DNA of 64,000 nt. Source: Myxococcota bacterium. Lineage in GTDB: Bacteria; Myxococcota_A; UBA796; UBA2385. The stretch spans positions 19,987 to 83,986 of the forward strand of contig JAKLKF010000011.1 in the NCBI GenBank assembly GCA_023150805.1. Direction: 5' to 3'. Position 1 is the stretch's first letter, and every line of letters begins with the position of its first letter. Shown piece by piece: positions 27,401 through 35,628 of the stretch. A program made the translations under genes and the position numbers. A model generated the notes under the pieces. That model saw only the letters and a program-made list of their open reading frames with translations, did no database searches and had not been told where the DNA came from.

Positions 27401-27803
27401 CGCGCCGGTCGACGCGGTGCGGATGCGGACAGAGCGCGGCCGCGTGGACTTCGTGGCCGACGAGGTCGCCGAACGGGCGGCGAACCACCAGAGCGACCTC
27501 GACCCCGCGGTGCGCGACGAGCTTCGGCAGCGCAGCCGGGGGCGCGTGGCCGACCTGCTCGACGACTGGGTCAAGATCGCCGACCGCAAGCACAACGTGG
27601 GGGCCGGGTTGATGTACCAGAAAGGCGAGCGCGGCGACGCCCCGCCGCTCTTGCGGGACCCGCTCAACCCCGAGCTGGCCACCGTCTCGCCCGAGGAGCG
27701 GCGCTTCAAGGCGAACCGCTCGATGCGGGACGTGGAACCGAGCGTGAACCTGTGGGCAAAGACCCTCGACGGCCAGGACGTGGCGTCGGAGGAGGGGGAA
27801 TGA
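24444..27803 (+). CDS. drmA: DISARM helicase DrmA
   Basis: ATG 24444 (ATGA overlap). FPTGGGKTEAY, QDELHLI, ATNMISVGLDI and QATSRVGR. Confidence 0.9.
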   Translation: MTPEQVRSTLVDALRLDLVGPSPDDVLHAAETLPTSPSTWYLTGFLVPFEAAEPDDTATEQVDQLRARPGADDDPAPDRSSARKAPFPSSIGLSVLLPADARALDLEFSWGDYAPLPKEDPETPGPVRWVRTPRSARLSVRLDERAPVAIPGSGGLRVQVACRPARTGNGGAPVQAASVFLVNHRPAAPDVGRDAAFAFQATLRLVSDHPFVARPDLRGHGGSDRDERVAELQFRDCFEYAVGHGVATVAEADPDGACRAVRTEWVPQADVERVEPSKVDGVELGMEALAGLPDGQAARRALGMLPQRYADWIERQRATPLDTEPRRALSAELMDAADFARSRIEAGIALLDDDRVRGAFTLANRVMAAAARQRDAIRTGMAPAAVDPPTWRPFQLAFLLLNLRGIVQPGHAERRTVDLLFFPTGGGKTEAYLGLAAFSLVWRRLGNPGIASAGVTVLMRYTLRLLTFDQLGRAAALVCALELERQRDPATLGTWPFEIGLWVGMAATPNRMGTRDNPDPNTARVKVDRFARGKGPSPIPLETCPWCGTQFKPLSFQLVPDANYPSDLRLVCVNRGCPFGGRNPLPILTVDEPIYRRLPGFLVATVDKFAQLPWVAESGKLLGRAERYDSAGFYGAAEPGAGIPLPGGALLPPDLVIQDELHLISGPLGTMVGLVETAIDALSARVVDGHPVRPKVVASTATVRRAERQIQALFGRGSVEVFPPPGPDRRDSFFAETVRTSAVPGRRYVGVAAQGRSLKVVFLRTLLAILSAAQTAWEDAGGKRAKPNPADPYMSLVAYFNSLRELGGSRRIVEDEVASRLAGYGSRRREGEPTGPFRDRRIAQPVELTSRESTSKVADTKRRLELSFHDDDRVDVALATNMISVGLDITRLGLMVVVGQPKMSSEYIQATSRVGRDPTRPGLVVTLMNLHRPRDRSHYESFAAYHQSFYRSVEATSVTPFSPRAIDRGIAGVTVTLARHGLRSLTAPVDAVRMRTERGRVDFVADEVAERAANHQSDLDPAVRDELRQRSRGRVADLLDDWVKIADRKHNVGAGLMYQKGERGDAPPLLRDPLNPELATVSPEERRFKANRSMRDVEPSVNLWAKTLDGQDVASEEGE

Positions 27804-29674
27804 GCACCAAGCGACCGCACGGCAGCATCCGTCGCAGCCAGGTGCTGACGACCTACGGGCCCGGCTCGATGGTGGACCTGCCCACCCGATCCGTCATCAT
27901 CGGCGGGCTGGAGTGCTGGTCCGAAGGCGGCCGCGAACCCGTGTTCGAGGACCGCCTGGTCCGCCGCCTCCAGCGCGAGTTGGGCGTTCCGGGACTCCGT
28001 CTGTTCACGCCGCCGGGTGACACGGGCGACCCCGCCCAACCCTACACGGGCATCACCGGCTGGATCTTCCCCGACTGGTTCGTGGGCCCCTACGTCGAGC
28101 CGGACGACCCGGACGATCGGCCTCGCGACGGGCGGCGTTCGCGCCCCCTGGTCCACCGCGAGAAGCTGGTGGACGGCAAGTACCAGGTCCAGGTCGATGG
28201 GAAGACCCGCAAGCTCGATGTCGTGCCCATCCGCTTCGTGCAGGCCTGCGCCAACGGCCACATCGACGACATCGACTGGTACGGCTTCGTCCACGACCAC
28301 GGCGACACGTGCCGGCGACAGCTCTGGGTGGACGAGCGCGGCACCACCGGCGATCTCGCCAACGTCACCATCCGATGCGAGTGCGGGCGCGCGCGCTCGA
28401 TGGCGACCGCCGAGTTCCGGCGGTCCAAGGATGACGAGACGCCCACCCAGGGCAAGGGCACCGCTCCGCTGGGCTACTGCCGGGGGCGCCGGCCCTGGCT
28501 CGGGCCCCGCTCCAGCGAGCGCTGCGTGAACGACAAGGGGGAGTCCGAGATCAACCGCCTGCTGGTGCGGTCGGCGTCCAACGCGTGGTTCTCCGAGACC
28601 GTGTCGGTGATCTCCATCCCCGACATCGACGCGGAGCTGGGCACGGCGCTGGAGACCGTGTGGGGTTTGGTCACCGGGTGCAGCACACCCGAGGAGTACA
28701 AGACCGTCAAGAACCTGGTGCCGCCGGTCAAGGCGGCGCTGGGTCGGTGGTCCGACGAGCGGGTGTGGGAGGCCGTCCTGCGCAAGCGGGCTCCCGGCGA
28801 GGCACCGGAGAAGGGCTTCAAGCGCGCGGAGCTGGAGATGCTCCTGGAGAGCAAGGACGAGCTGGGCACCGACGTTCCTGACGGGGACTTCTACGCCCGG
28901 CGCCTGCCCCTCTCGCCCGACTTCCCCTTCGCTGAACAGGTCGACCGCGTCGTGCTCGTGCACCGGCTGCGCGAGGTCATGGCGCTGATCGGCTTCACGC
29001 GCTTCGAGTCCCCCGTGCCGGACGAGGACGGTGAGCTGGGGCTGGGCGTGCGGCGCGCGGCCATCGCCAGGGAGCTGACCTGGGTGCCGGCCGTCGAGAA
29101 TCGCGGAGAGGGCATCTTCATCGGCTTCAAGGAAGCCGCCATCCACACCTGGGCCCGGCGCGCCGACGCGCGCTGGCAGCAGCTCCGGGCCGGGCAGAAC
29201 CGCTGGAAGAAGCGCCACCCTCGGTTCCGCGGCGAGCTGCCGGGGTTGCCCTACCTGTTCCTCCACTCCCTGTCGCACCTGCTGATCACCAGCGTCGCCC
29301 TCGACTGCGGCTACGCCTCGACCTCCATCCGGGAGCGCATCTACGCCATCCCCGGGCTCGGCTACGGCATCCTGCTCTACACCGGCACCACCGACGCCGA
29401 GGGCACGCTCGGCGGGCTCGTCCAGGTCGGCCGCAGCATCGAGCGCCACCTGCTCATGGCCCTGGAGCGCGGGCGCCTTTGCAGCCACGACCCCATCTGC
29501 GCACACCACCAGCCGGACAACCCCCACGAGGAGCGGTACCTGCACGGGGCCGCCTGCCATGGCTGCCTGCTCATCTCCGAGACGAGCTGCGAGCAGCGCA
29601 ACGAGCTGCTCGACCGGGCCCTGGTCGTCCCGACGGTCGATGACGCCGGGGCGGCGTTTTTTGAGATCCGATGA
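27800..29674 (+). CDS. drmB: DISARM DUF1998-domain protein DrmB
   Basis: ATG 27800. N-terminal IRRSQVLTTYGPGS. C-terminal HSLSHLLI ... CSHDPIC ... GAACHGCLLISETSCE (DUF1998 Cys cluster). Confidence 0.9.
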   Translation: MSTKRPHGSIRRSQVLTTYGPGSMVDLPTRSVIIGGLECWSEGGREPVFEDRLVRRLQRELGVPGLRLFTPPGDTGDPAQPYTGITGWIFPDWFVGPYVEPDDPDDRPRDGRRSRPLVHREKLVDGKYQVQVDGKTRKLDVVPIRFVQACANGHIDDIDWYGFVHDHGDTCRRQLWVDERGTTGDLANVTIRCECGRARSMATAEFRRSKDDETPTQGKGTAPLGYCRGRRPWLGPRSSERCVNDKGESEINRLLVRSASNAWFSETVSVISIPDIDAELGTALETVWGLVTGCSTPEEYKTVKNLVPPVKAALGRWSDERVWEAVLRKRAPGEAPEKGFKRAELEMLLESKDELGTDVPDGDFYARRLPLSPDFPFAEQVDRVVLVHRLREVMALIGFTRFESPVPDEDGELGLGVRRAAIARELTWVPAVENRGEGIFIGFKEAAIHTWARRADARWQQLRAGQNRWKKRHPRFRGELPGLPYLFLHSLSHLLITSVALDCGYASTSIRERIYAIPGLGYGILLYTGTTDAEGTLGGLVQVGRSIERHLLMALERGRLCSHDPICAHHQPDNPHEERYLHGAACHGCLLISETSCEQRNELLDRALVVPTVDDAGAAFFEIR

Positions 29675-30471
29675 CGGGCCATCTGCACGAAGTGCCCGAG
29701 GGAATCCTGCTCGCGGTGATGCATGCGCTGCGGATGGGAAAGCTCAAGCCACCCTTCACGCGGGCCAGCGTCGAGCACATCGTCGGCGGTCCCCCCTGGC
29801 TCGCTGACGAGCTGTCCAGCCTGGTGGCCCAGGGCCTCTCTCCGGCCGCGATGGCCTGGGGGATCTCCTTGCTGGCCGAGGCCAAGGCCGAGGCGCGCTT
29901 TCACCGCGCCGGCGTCGAGTTGACCTGGACCGGCCCCCCCGACGTCATCACCGAGACCCGCGACACCGGCGCCGTCGCCCGCCAGCTCTTCGCGGCGGCC
30001 AGGACGGACCTGTTGGTCAGCACCTTCGTTGTCGATGGGGGCGACAAGGCCGCCGCTCTGCTCGGTGTGCTCCGCGACCGGCTGGTGCAGCTTCCCGACC
30101 TGCGTGTGCGCTTCTTCCTCAACTTCGCGCGCGCCCACGGCGACACCCGACCCAGCGCGGACCTGCTCGCAGGGCACGCTCGCCGCTTCCTGGAGGATGT
30201 CTGGCCCTGGACCCCCCGGCCCGAGGTCTTCTACGACCGCCGCGCGCTCGATCCCACCCCGGGCCCGCGGTCCTGCCTGCACGCCAAGTGCATCGTCCAG
30301 GACGAGGTGAAGACGCTGATCACGTCGGCCAACCTGACCGAGGCGGCGCAGGAGCGGAACATCGAGGCCGGCGTGCTCGTCACGGATGGTGGCTTCGCGC
30401 GGGAGGTCGTGCTGCAGTTCGAGCGGTTGGTGGCGGCGGGGGTGTTGGTGAGGATGGGGGAGGGGCGGTGA
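29671..30471 (+). CDS. drmC: DISARM phospholipase D nuclease DrmC
   Basis: LHAKCIVQD ... TSANLT ... NIEAG HKD motif, directly downstream of drmB. Confidence 0.9.
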   Translation: MTGHLHEVPEGILLAVMHALRMGKLKPPFTRASVEHIVGGPPWLADELSSLVAQGLSPAAMAWGISLLAEAKAEARFHRAGVELTWTGPPDVITETRDTGAVARQLFAAARTDLLVSTFVVDGGDKAAALLGVLRDRLVQLPDLRVRFFLNFARAHGDTRPSADLLAGHARRFLEDVWPWTPRPEVFYDRRALDPTPGPRSCLHAKCIVQDEVKTLITSANLTEAAQERNIEAGVLVTDGGFAREVVLQFERLVAAGVLVRMGEGR

Positions 30472-30556
30472 CCGTTCACCCGCCTTGGCTCGGCGCCTGT
30501 TCCGACGGCTGTGGCGTCGCGGGTGTGGGGACTGCTGCGGCGGTGGAAACGTCGTG

Positions 30557-30567
30557 TTCTGGGAAAC
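30557..30567 (+). promoter_or_regulatory. Putative promoter/operator motif TTCTGGGAAAC (copy 1, upstream of the CHAT gene)
   Basis: An identical 11-mer occurs at 35223..35233. Both copies lie 50-55 nt upstream of a GGAGGYCCGATG start. Confidence 0.4.
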
Positions 30568-30617
30568 TCGACGACTCCAAGGTCGGGCCGCAGTAGGCCC
30601 TGGGGGTTGGAGGCCCG

Positions 30618-33600
30618 ATGAAGACCCGCAAGGACGACCCGGCCCGTCTGCGCTCCCTGTTCCGGATGTACCCATACTTCGACGCGGTCTCGCGCGCGCG
30701 GAGCCGCGCCGACGACGGGACCCGCCGGGAAGACGATGTCTTCCGCCTGCTCCTCTCGGCGATGGACAAGTGGGCCCGGCGCCCGTCGCTCGACGAGATG
30801 ATGAACTTCCTGCCGTTCGCCCTGAACACTGACGAGGTGGCCTGGTTCGCGCTCATCTACGCGGCGCACCGCTGGCATCGGGACACGCCGGGCGCGGCGC
30901 CGGGGCTGGTCGCGGTCACGAACGCGTTGGCTCGTTCGGATGTCGCTCGGAACAAGTCCAGTGCCTTGTGGACCGCCTTGTGGCCACGCGCCATCGAGCT
31001 GGCTCGCAGCCTCGGCGACGGGGAGGGAGCCAGGCTGTCCCGTTGGGGACTGGAAGAGACGTTCGGGTCCACGCTGGCCGGCCACCGTGACTCGGTCACG
31101 CGGATGCGGGGGCGGGACCTGCTCCTTGGTCTCCGCAACGAGCTGGAGGAAGCTCTGGCTGGCGGTTTGGAGGGCAAGCTGGCTGAGAACGTCGCCTTCC
31201 TCTATGGCCGCTGCCTGGCCAACCTCGGCCAGACCTACACCGACATCGGGCTGCACGACGACTCGCTTGCGACCTTGGAGCAGGCGCTCGCTTTTCACGA
31301 CCAGGCAATGGCGGTCCCAGCCCGCATGGCCTTCGTGCAGTGCCGGTACCACTCGCTGCGGATGCGCTCGACCACCCGCAAGCTGGTCGCGCACCGACTG
31401 GGCGAGGACCAGTCCGACCGCGCGCGCACCCTGCTCGACGGCGCCCTGGCCGACGTGGAGGCGGCAGTGGCGCTCTACCGCCAGCACCCGGCGGTCCGTG
31501 AGATCGACGGCGAGGGAATCCTCCGCAACCTGGCCAGCACTCGCATGGACTGGGTTCACCAAAGACTCCTCGCCGAGGACCTGGATCCCACCCAGGCAGC
31601 GCGCATGCTGGAGGAGGTGGAGGCGCTGCTCACCGAGGTGCGCCGCTCCACCGATCCTCGGGTGCTGGTGGGGCTGGCCCAGACCGAGCTGGAACTGAGG
31701 CAGGTGCGGGGGCTCCTGGACGCTGGTCAGGATGCCATCGAGCTGGGGGATCTGGCCGTCATCTTGGGCTCGGCCCTGGCGACCCGCGAGCTTCCCGGTG
31801 GCCACGGCGTCGATGGTCAGCGTGCAAGGCATGCCGTCCACGCCCTGCATGGGTGGGCGTCCCGTGACGATGCACGGCTCCCTGCAGCGATGTGGCACAT
31901 GCTCGCGGAGTTCCTGGCCTGGCTGGAGCCCGAGGAGGTGGGGCTGGACCTCTTGACCGGTGCCATCGCCGCCGAGGTGACCCTGCTTTCGCGGGAGGAC
32001 GGTCGCCCCCACGACGGCTGGGACCCGGTCAACTACTTCTACGAGGCACTGCGCGAGTTCGACCGGCGCTTGCGTGACCCGGGCCTGACCAACGCCGAGC
32101 GCCTGCTCTATGCGGGCTGGATGCGGCGGCTCGTCCAGGTCCGGTATTCCTGGTCCGTGTGTTCCGAAGGGCGCCCCCTTTCCACCGAGGAGGAACTGAC
32201 CCTGCCAGATCGCCTGGGCTCCTCGGCCTGGCGCTCGGACCTGAACTTCTTCGGTGCAGGGGCGGTCAAGGAGGACCTGACGTACACCGAGCAGGGCTGG
32301 CGCTGCGACCTCTACCGGACCCGCTGGCAGCGTGACGCGGCGGCGAAGGTCCTGGAGATCGAAGCGCTCGCCAGGTGGGTGCCCGAGGCCGGTGAGTGGC
32401 TGCAGCACCTCGCGCGCGGCCAGGTCACCTGTGAGGTCCTGCCCCATGACACGCCCGAGGTGGTTGTCCGCCAGAAGGCCGCCGGGGGAGAGTGGTTCAC
32501 CTCGCCTGATGGCATCATGATCCCGACGCGATGGACGCCCGACTTCGCCAGGGAGCAGCTCCGCGTACTGGAGGCGGAGCTGCTGCTCGCCCTGCAGGTG
32601 GGCAAGGACCAGGGATGGCGCCCGGCGACGAACCAGTCCATCCCGCTGCCCAGCGCCGAGGGGGTCACCGCCTGGCTGGCCGCCCACCCGGCGGTCGCTC
32701 TCCTCCTGGTCGGTGAAGGCCCGGCGCGGCTCTGCCATGCCGCCAAGGGTGGACTGCACTGGCATCGCGTCGACCTTCCGATCGGCCACCCGCTCTCCGA
32801 GCGGGTCGGCGACTACATCCACGCCCGCGATGAGCACTCCTTCGGGAGCGCGGAGGACACCGACGAGGCGCAGGCCCAGATCGCCTGCTCGCTTTCCAAC
32901 ATGGAGGGGGACCCAGAGCAACACAGTGCAAAGCGGACCTCCGTCGCCACACCGCACGCGGCCGCCCGGCTGGGCAAAGCCCTGGACGGCCTGCTCGACC
33001 TGCTCGGAGAGGTCCTGCGGCCGGCGCTCGAAGGGGCGATCGCGGCGGGCGTGCGCCACCTGCTCGTCCTCCCACGCGGCTGGGCGCGCCACGTGCCTTG
33101 GGGCGCCGTACGCCTGAGAGGGGCCGTACTCGCGGACAGGCTCCCGGTGTCGATGGTGGAGACGCTCGCCGATGTCGAGCGTGTCGCAGCGCGTCGTGGT
33201 CCCACGCTGCTGTACGTCGGCGGTCAGGCCGGCCCGGAGAGCCCTCTGCATGTCGGAAAGCTCTGCCTGACCCCGCACGCAGACCAGGTCGCAGGCCCCC
33301 TTGGCCGCGACGGCTTCGAGGACCTCGCCCGCCGCGCCCGCGTGCTCCGCGTCATGGCGCACGGCGAAGCCCTCGTGGTATTCCAGCAGTCCAGCGGCAT
33401 CATCCTGGATGAGTTCTATCCCGAGGGTCACAACCGCTACGCGGCGGACGAGATGCGGGCCCTGGACTTGCGCGGAGCGCGGCGGGTCGAGCTGTGGGCC
33501 TGCGAGAGCGGGCGGGACGACGAGACCTTCCGCGATCTCTTCCACCATGACGAGCCCGGCGGCCTGGATGGCGCGCTGCTGCTTGCGGGCGCCGAGGTCG

Positions 33601-34040
33601 TCGTCAGCTCGCTGTGGGTGCAATACGCGCTCAGCGCCGCCATGATCGGGGAGGCCTTCGCAGTACGCGCACAGGCGCACCCAGACCGCTCGGAAGCCGA
33701 AGCGTTGGCCTGGGCGGTTTCCCAGTACCGGGCGGCAATGGAGACCGATGGCGTCTTCGCCTCGGCGGTCGAGGTGCGCCTGCGCGCCGGTCGCTGTTCC
33801 AACGAGGAGGCATTGGTGAACGGGCTTCTCGCCTGGCGCGCGAGCCTCGGGATCGAGATGGGTGACGCTGTGTTCGTCCATGGCGACGTGCTGGCACAGC
33901 TCGGCAAGGCGCTTCCTTCGCGAAGCTCGCCGCGCGCCCGCGCGGATGACCTGCTCGGGCCGCTCCGCTCGCCGGTGGCCTGGGCGGGGTGGAAGATCAC
34001 GCTCCGGAGCAAGGAGGTGCTGTGGCCCGCGCGCGGTTGA
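30618..34040 (+). CDS. TPR-like helical protein with C-terminal CHAT (caspase-like, clan CD) protease domain
   Basis: Catalytic His in RVMAHGE and Cys in ELWACESG, followed by GLDGALLLAGAEVVVSSLW. TPR-like GRCLANLGQTYTDIG...LEQAL. RBS GGAGG. Confidence 0.85.
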   Translation: MKTRKDDPARLRSLFRMYPYFDAVSRARSRADDGTRREDDVFRLLLSAMDKWARRPSLDEMMNFLPFALNTDEVAWFALIYAAHRWHRDTPGAAPGLVAVTNALARSDVARNKSSALWTALWPRAIELARSLGDGEGARLSRWGLEETFGSTLAGHRDSVTRMRGRDLLLGLRNELEEALAGGLEGKLAENVAFLYGRCLANLGQTYTDIGLHDDSLATLEQALAFHDQAMAVPARMAFVQCRYHSLRMRSTTRKLVAHRLGEDQSDRARTLLDGALADVEAAVALYRQHPAVREIDGEGILRNLASTRMDWVHQRLLAEDLDPTQAARMLEEVEALLTEVRRSTDPRVLVGLAQTELELRQVRGLLDAGQDAIELGDLAVILGSALATRELPGGHGVDGQRARHAVHALHGWASRDDARLPAAMWHMLAEFLAWLEPEEVGLDLLTGAIAAEVTLLSREDGRPHDGWDPVNYFYEALREFDRRLRDPGLTNAERLLYAGWMRRLVQVRYSWSVCSEGRPLSTEEELTLPDRLGSSAWRSDLNFFGAGAVKEDLTYTEQGWRCDLYRTRWQRDAAAKVLEIEALARWVPEAGEWLQHLARGQVTCEVLPHDTPEVVVRQKAAGGEWFTSPDGIMIPTRWTPDFAREQLRVLEAELLLALQVGKDQGWRPATNQSIPLPSAEGVTAWLAAHPAVALLLVGEGPARLCHAAKGGLHWHRVDLPIGHPLSERVGDYIHARDEHSFGSAEDTDEAQAQIACSLSNMEGDPEQHSAKRTSVATPHAAARLGKALDGLLDLLGEVLRPALEGAIAAGVRHLLVLPRGWARHVPWGAVRLRGAVLADRLPVSMVETLADVERVAARRGPTLLYVGGQAGPESPLHVGKLCLTPHADQVAGPLGRDGFEDLARRARVLRVMAHGEALVVFQQSSGIILDEFYPEGHNRYAADEMRALDLRGARRVELWACESGRDDETFRDLFHHDEPGGLDGALLLAGAEVVVSSLWVQYALSAAMIGEAFAVRAQAHPDRSEAEALAWAVSQYRAAMETDGVFASAVEVRLRAGRCSNEEALVNGLLAWRASLGIEMGDAVFVHGDVLAQLGKALPSRSSPRARADDLLGPLRSPVAWAGWKITLRSKEVLWPARG

Positions 34041-34621
34041 CCGATGCGGAGGAGGCCGAGCTGGTCGACGAGCTGGCCCGCGCGCTCGAAGCCGTCGTGG
34101 ACACGAGCGGCTGCCGGGACATGCTCTCGCTCTACCTCCTCGCCACGCAGCAGCCACGCCGCGAGTTCCTGGCCGACGACCCTTGGGGGCGGAGCGCACC
34201 ACCCCTCTCCCCGCGCCTGGCCGGGATGGTGAAGGGATCGCGCAGCAAGTACGGTGCGCTCGCCGCCTGGCGTCACGCAGTGCTCTGGCGGGAGGTGCGC
34301 GACCGGGTCGACCCACACTTCTGCGAGGCGATGGACGTTCTCTACTTCGGGCCCTACGCCGAGAACGCACCGCCGTACGCGTGGACCCGGCGGTCGTCGG
34401 AAGCTCCGGGAGCGGATCGCTTCTCCGGCCCCAACGAGCTGGATCGCTTCGCGCGTGAGGGGTGCTGGTCGACCGTCCAGGTGCTTCGGGAAGTGGCACG
34501 CTCCGGCGGAGGCTCGGTGCGAGACGAGGCACGGCGCGCTTTCGTTCGAGCCGGTGTGAAACGATCGTTGCGCGACGTGTTGCGGCTGGAAGAGCAGTGG
34601 GAGGACGACTCAGATGACTGA
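34022..34621 (+). CDS. Hypothetical protein, weakly sigma-70 region 4-like
   Basis: AAGGAGG precedes GTG 34022 and the gene overlaps both neighbours. WREVRDRVDPHFCEAMDVLYFG and VLREVARSGGGS..RAGVKRSLRDVL loosely echo sigma regions 4.1 and 4.2. Confidence 0.6.
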   Translation: MARARLTDAEEAELVDELARALEAVVDTSGCRDMLSLYLLATQQPRREFLADDPWGRSAPPLSPRLAGMVKGSRSKYGALAAWRHAVLWREVRDRVDPHFCEAMDVLYFGPYAENAPPYAWTRRSSEAPGADRFSGPNELDRFAREGCWSTVQVLREVARSGGGSVRDEARRAFVRAGVKRSLRDVLRLEEQWEDDSDD

Positions 34622-35222
34622 AGACACGCTGCGTGCCTGGCTCCGCGGGCACCTTTCACCGGTGCGCCGGCGCGAGGTGACCGTCTGGATGTTGCGATGC
34701 AAGGACCCGGCCCTGCCCCTCCTGCTCGAAGCGCTCACCCGCGAGTATGAAGACGAGCAGGCGGACCGGAGGCTGCTCGCGCGTGTCCCGGGGGCCTCCC
34801 CGGTCGTGGAAGGCTGGCGCTGGTTGCTCGAGATGGGGCGTGCGGCGTGGACTGCCGGGCAGTCCGCAGCCGCGTTGGCGGTGCTGTCCACGGGGGAGAG
34901 GGTCACGGAGGAGGGGCTCTTGGTGGTGGCCGCCGAAGAAGGCGCCCTCCGACTGGGTGTCCGGTTGCGGACGGGCGGCCAGGTGGCGCTGTTCGTTTCT
35001 GACGATGCGGGAGGTGCACCCACGGCGCTTCTCAATGAGCCGCTGGGCCCGGGGACCTGGAACGACCTGGCGGCGTGGCAGCCAGAGTTGGGCGATGGCC
35101 GGATCACGCTCTGGCTCTTTTTCGCGCCGCAGACCCTGCCGGACTCGTTGGGCGGGTGCCTGGATGCCGCCCGCCGAGGTTCGGCCCAGGCGTGGGCACG
35201 CCGCTGGGAGGCCGATGGTTGA
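34614..35222 (+). CDS. Putative anti-sigma-factor-like protein (degenerate ZAS-type N-terminus plus beta-rich C-terminal domain)
   Basis: EDTLRAWLRGHLSPVRRREVTVWMLRC parallels the L.ayldGeL....r..ve.Hl..C pattern of zf-HC2 anti-sigmas but lacks the full zinc ligand set. Confidence 0.55.
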   Translation: MTEDTLRAWLRGHLSPVRRREVTVWMLRCKDPALPLLLEALTREYEDEQADRRLLARVPGASPVVEGWRWLLEMGRAAWTAGQSAAALAVLSTGERVTEEGLLVVAAEEGALRLGVRLRTGGQVALFVSDDAGGAPTALLNEPLGPGTWNDLAAWQPELGDGRITLWLFFAPQTLPDSLGGCLDAARRGSAQAWARRWEADG

Positions 35223-35233
35223 TTCTGGGAAAC
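35223..35233 (+). promoter_or_regulatory. Putative promoter/operator motif TTCTGGGAAAC (copy 2)
   Basis: Identical to 30557..30567 and located immediately after the stop codon at 35222. Confidence 0.4.
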
Positions 35234-35288
35234 CCGGCTCCCCGGTAGCCCCGGCGGGACATGGAGGGCACGAACCCCAGGAGGTCCG

Positions 35289-35573
35289 ATGTCTTCAAGG
35301 AGTACAGTCGCTTTCCGTCCAGACCGCACCCGCGTCGCCGTGCTCGGTGGCGACGGCCGGTTCCGACCCGAGACCCTCACCGGCTGTGAGGTCCGGGTTT
35401 TTCTCGGTCGTCGCTACGGTGGCAATGGCGAGCTGAGGCGCCTGGAGCGGTCGCTGCGATCGGGCCGCATCGATCGGGTCCTCATCCTGGCGCGCTGGAA
35501 CGGCCACTCGGCGACAACCCTGGTGATCCGCCTCTGCCGGGCGCTCGGGATCCCGGTCGAGGTGCGGCCGTGA
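35289..35573 (+). CDS. Small DUF2325-like protein
   Basis: Strong RBS AGGAGG. VAVLGG ... IDRVLILARWNGHSAT ... CRALGIPV resembles the DUF2325 pattern. Confidence 0.65.
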   Translation: MSSRSTVAFRPDRTRVAVLGGDGRFRPETLTGCEVRVFLGRRYGGNGELRRLERSLRSGRIDRVLILARWNGHSATTLVIRLCRALGIPVEVRP

Positions 35574-35628
35574 CCGGTCGCTGTCCGGACTTCCTTCTCG
35601 CCCGCGTCTCTGACCTACGAGGTGCACC

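Noticed and set aside
11987-30471. BREX or a simple type IIG/type I restriction-modification interpretation
   Set aside because: No PglZ, BrxC or HsdR/HsdS motifs were seen. The helicase + DUF1998 + PLD trio with SNF2 and an adenine MTase matches class I DISARM.
30231-34652. 1473-aa minus-strand ORF antisense to the CHAT gene
   Set aside because: It has no recognisable motifs and is Arg/Gly/Pro-rich. Long shadow ORFs are expected opposite GC3-rich genes, and the plus strand carries clear CHAT motifs and RBSs.
30618-35573. Type III-E CRISPR (Craspase) or gasdermin locus
   Set aside because: No gRAMP/Cas7-11, cas1/cas2, array or gasdermin-like gene is recognisable in the window. Only the architectural analogy is retained.
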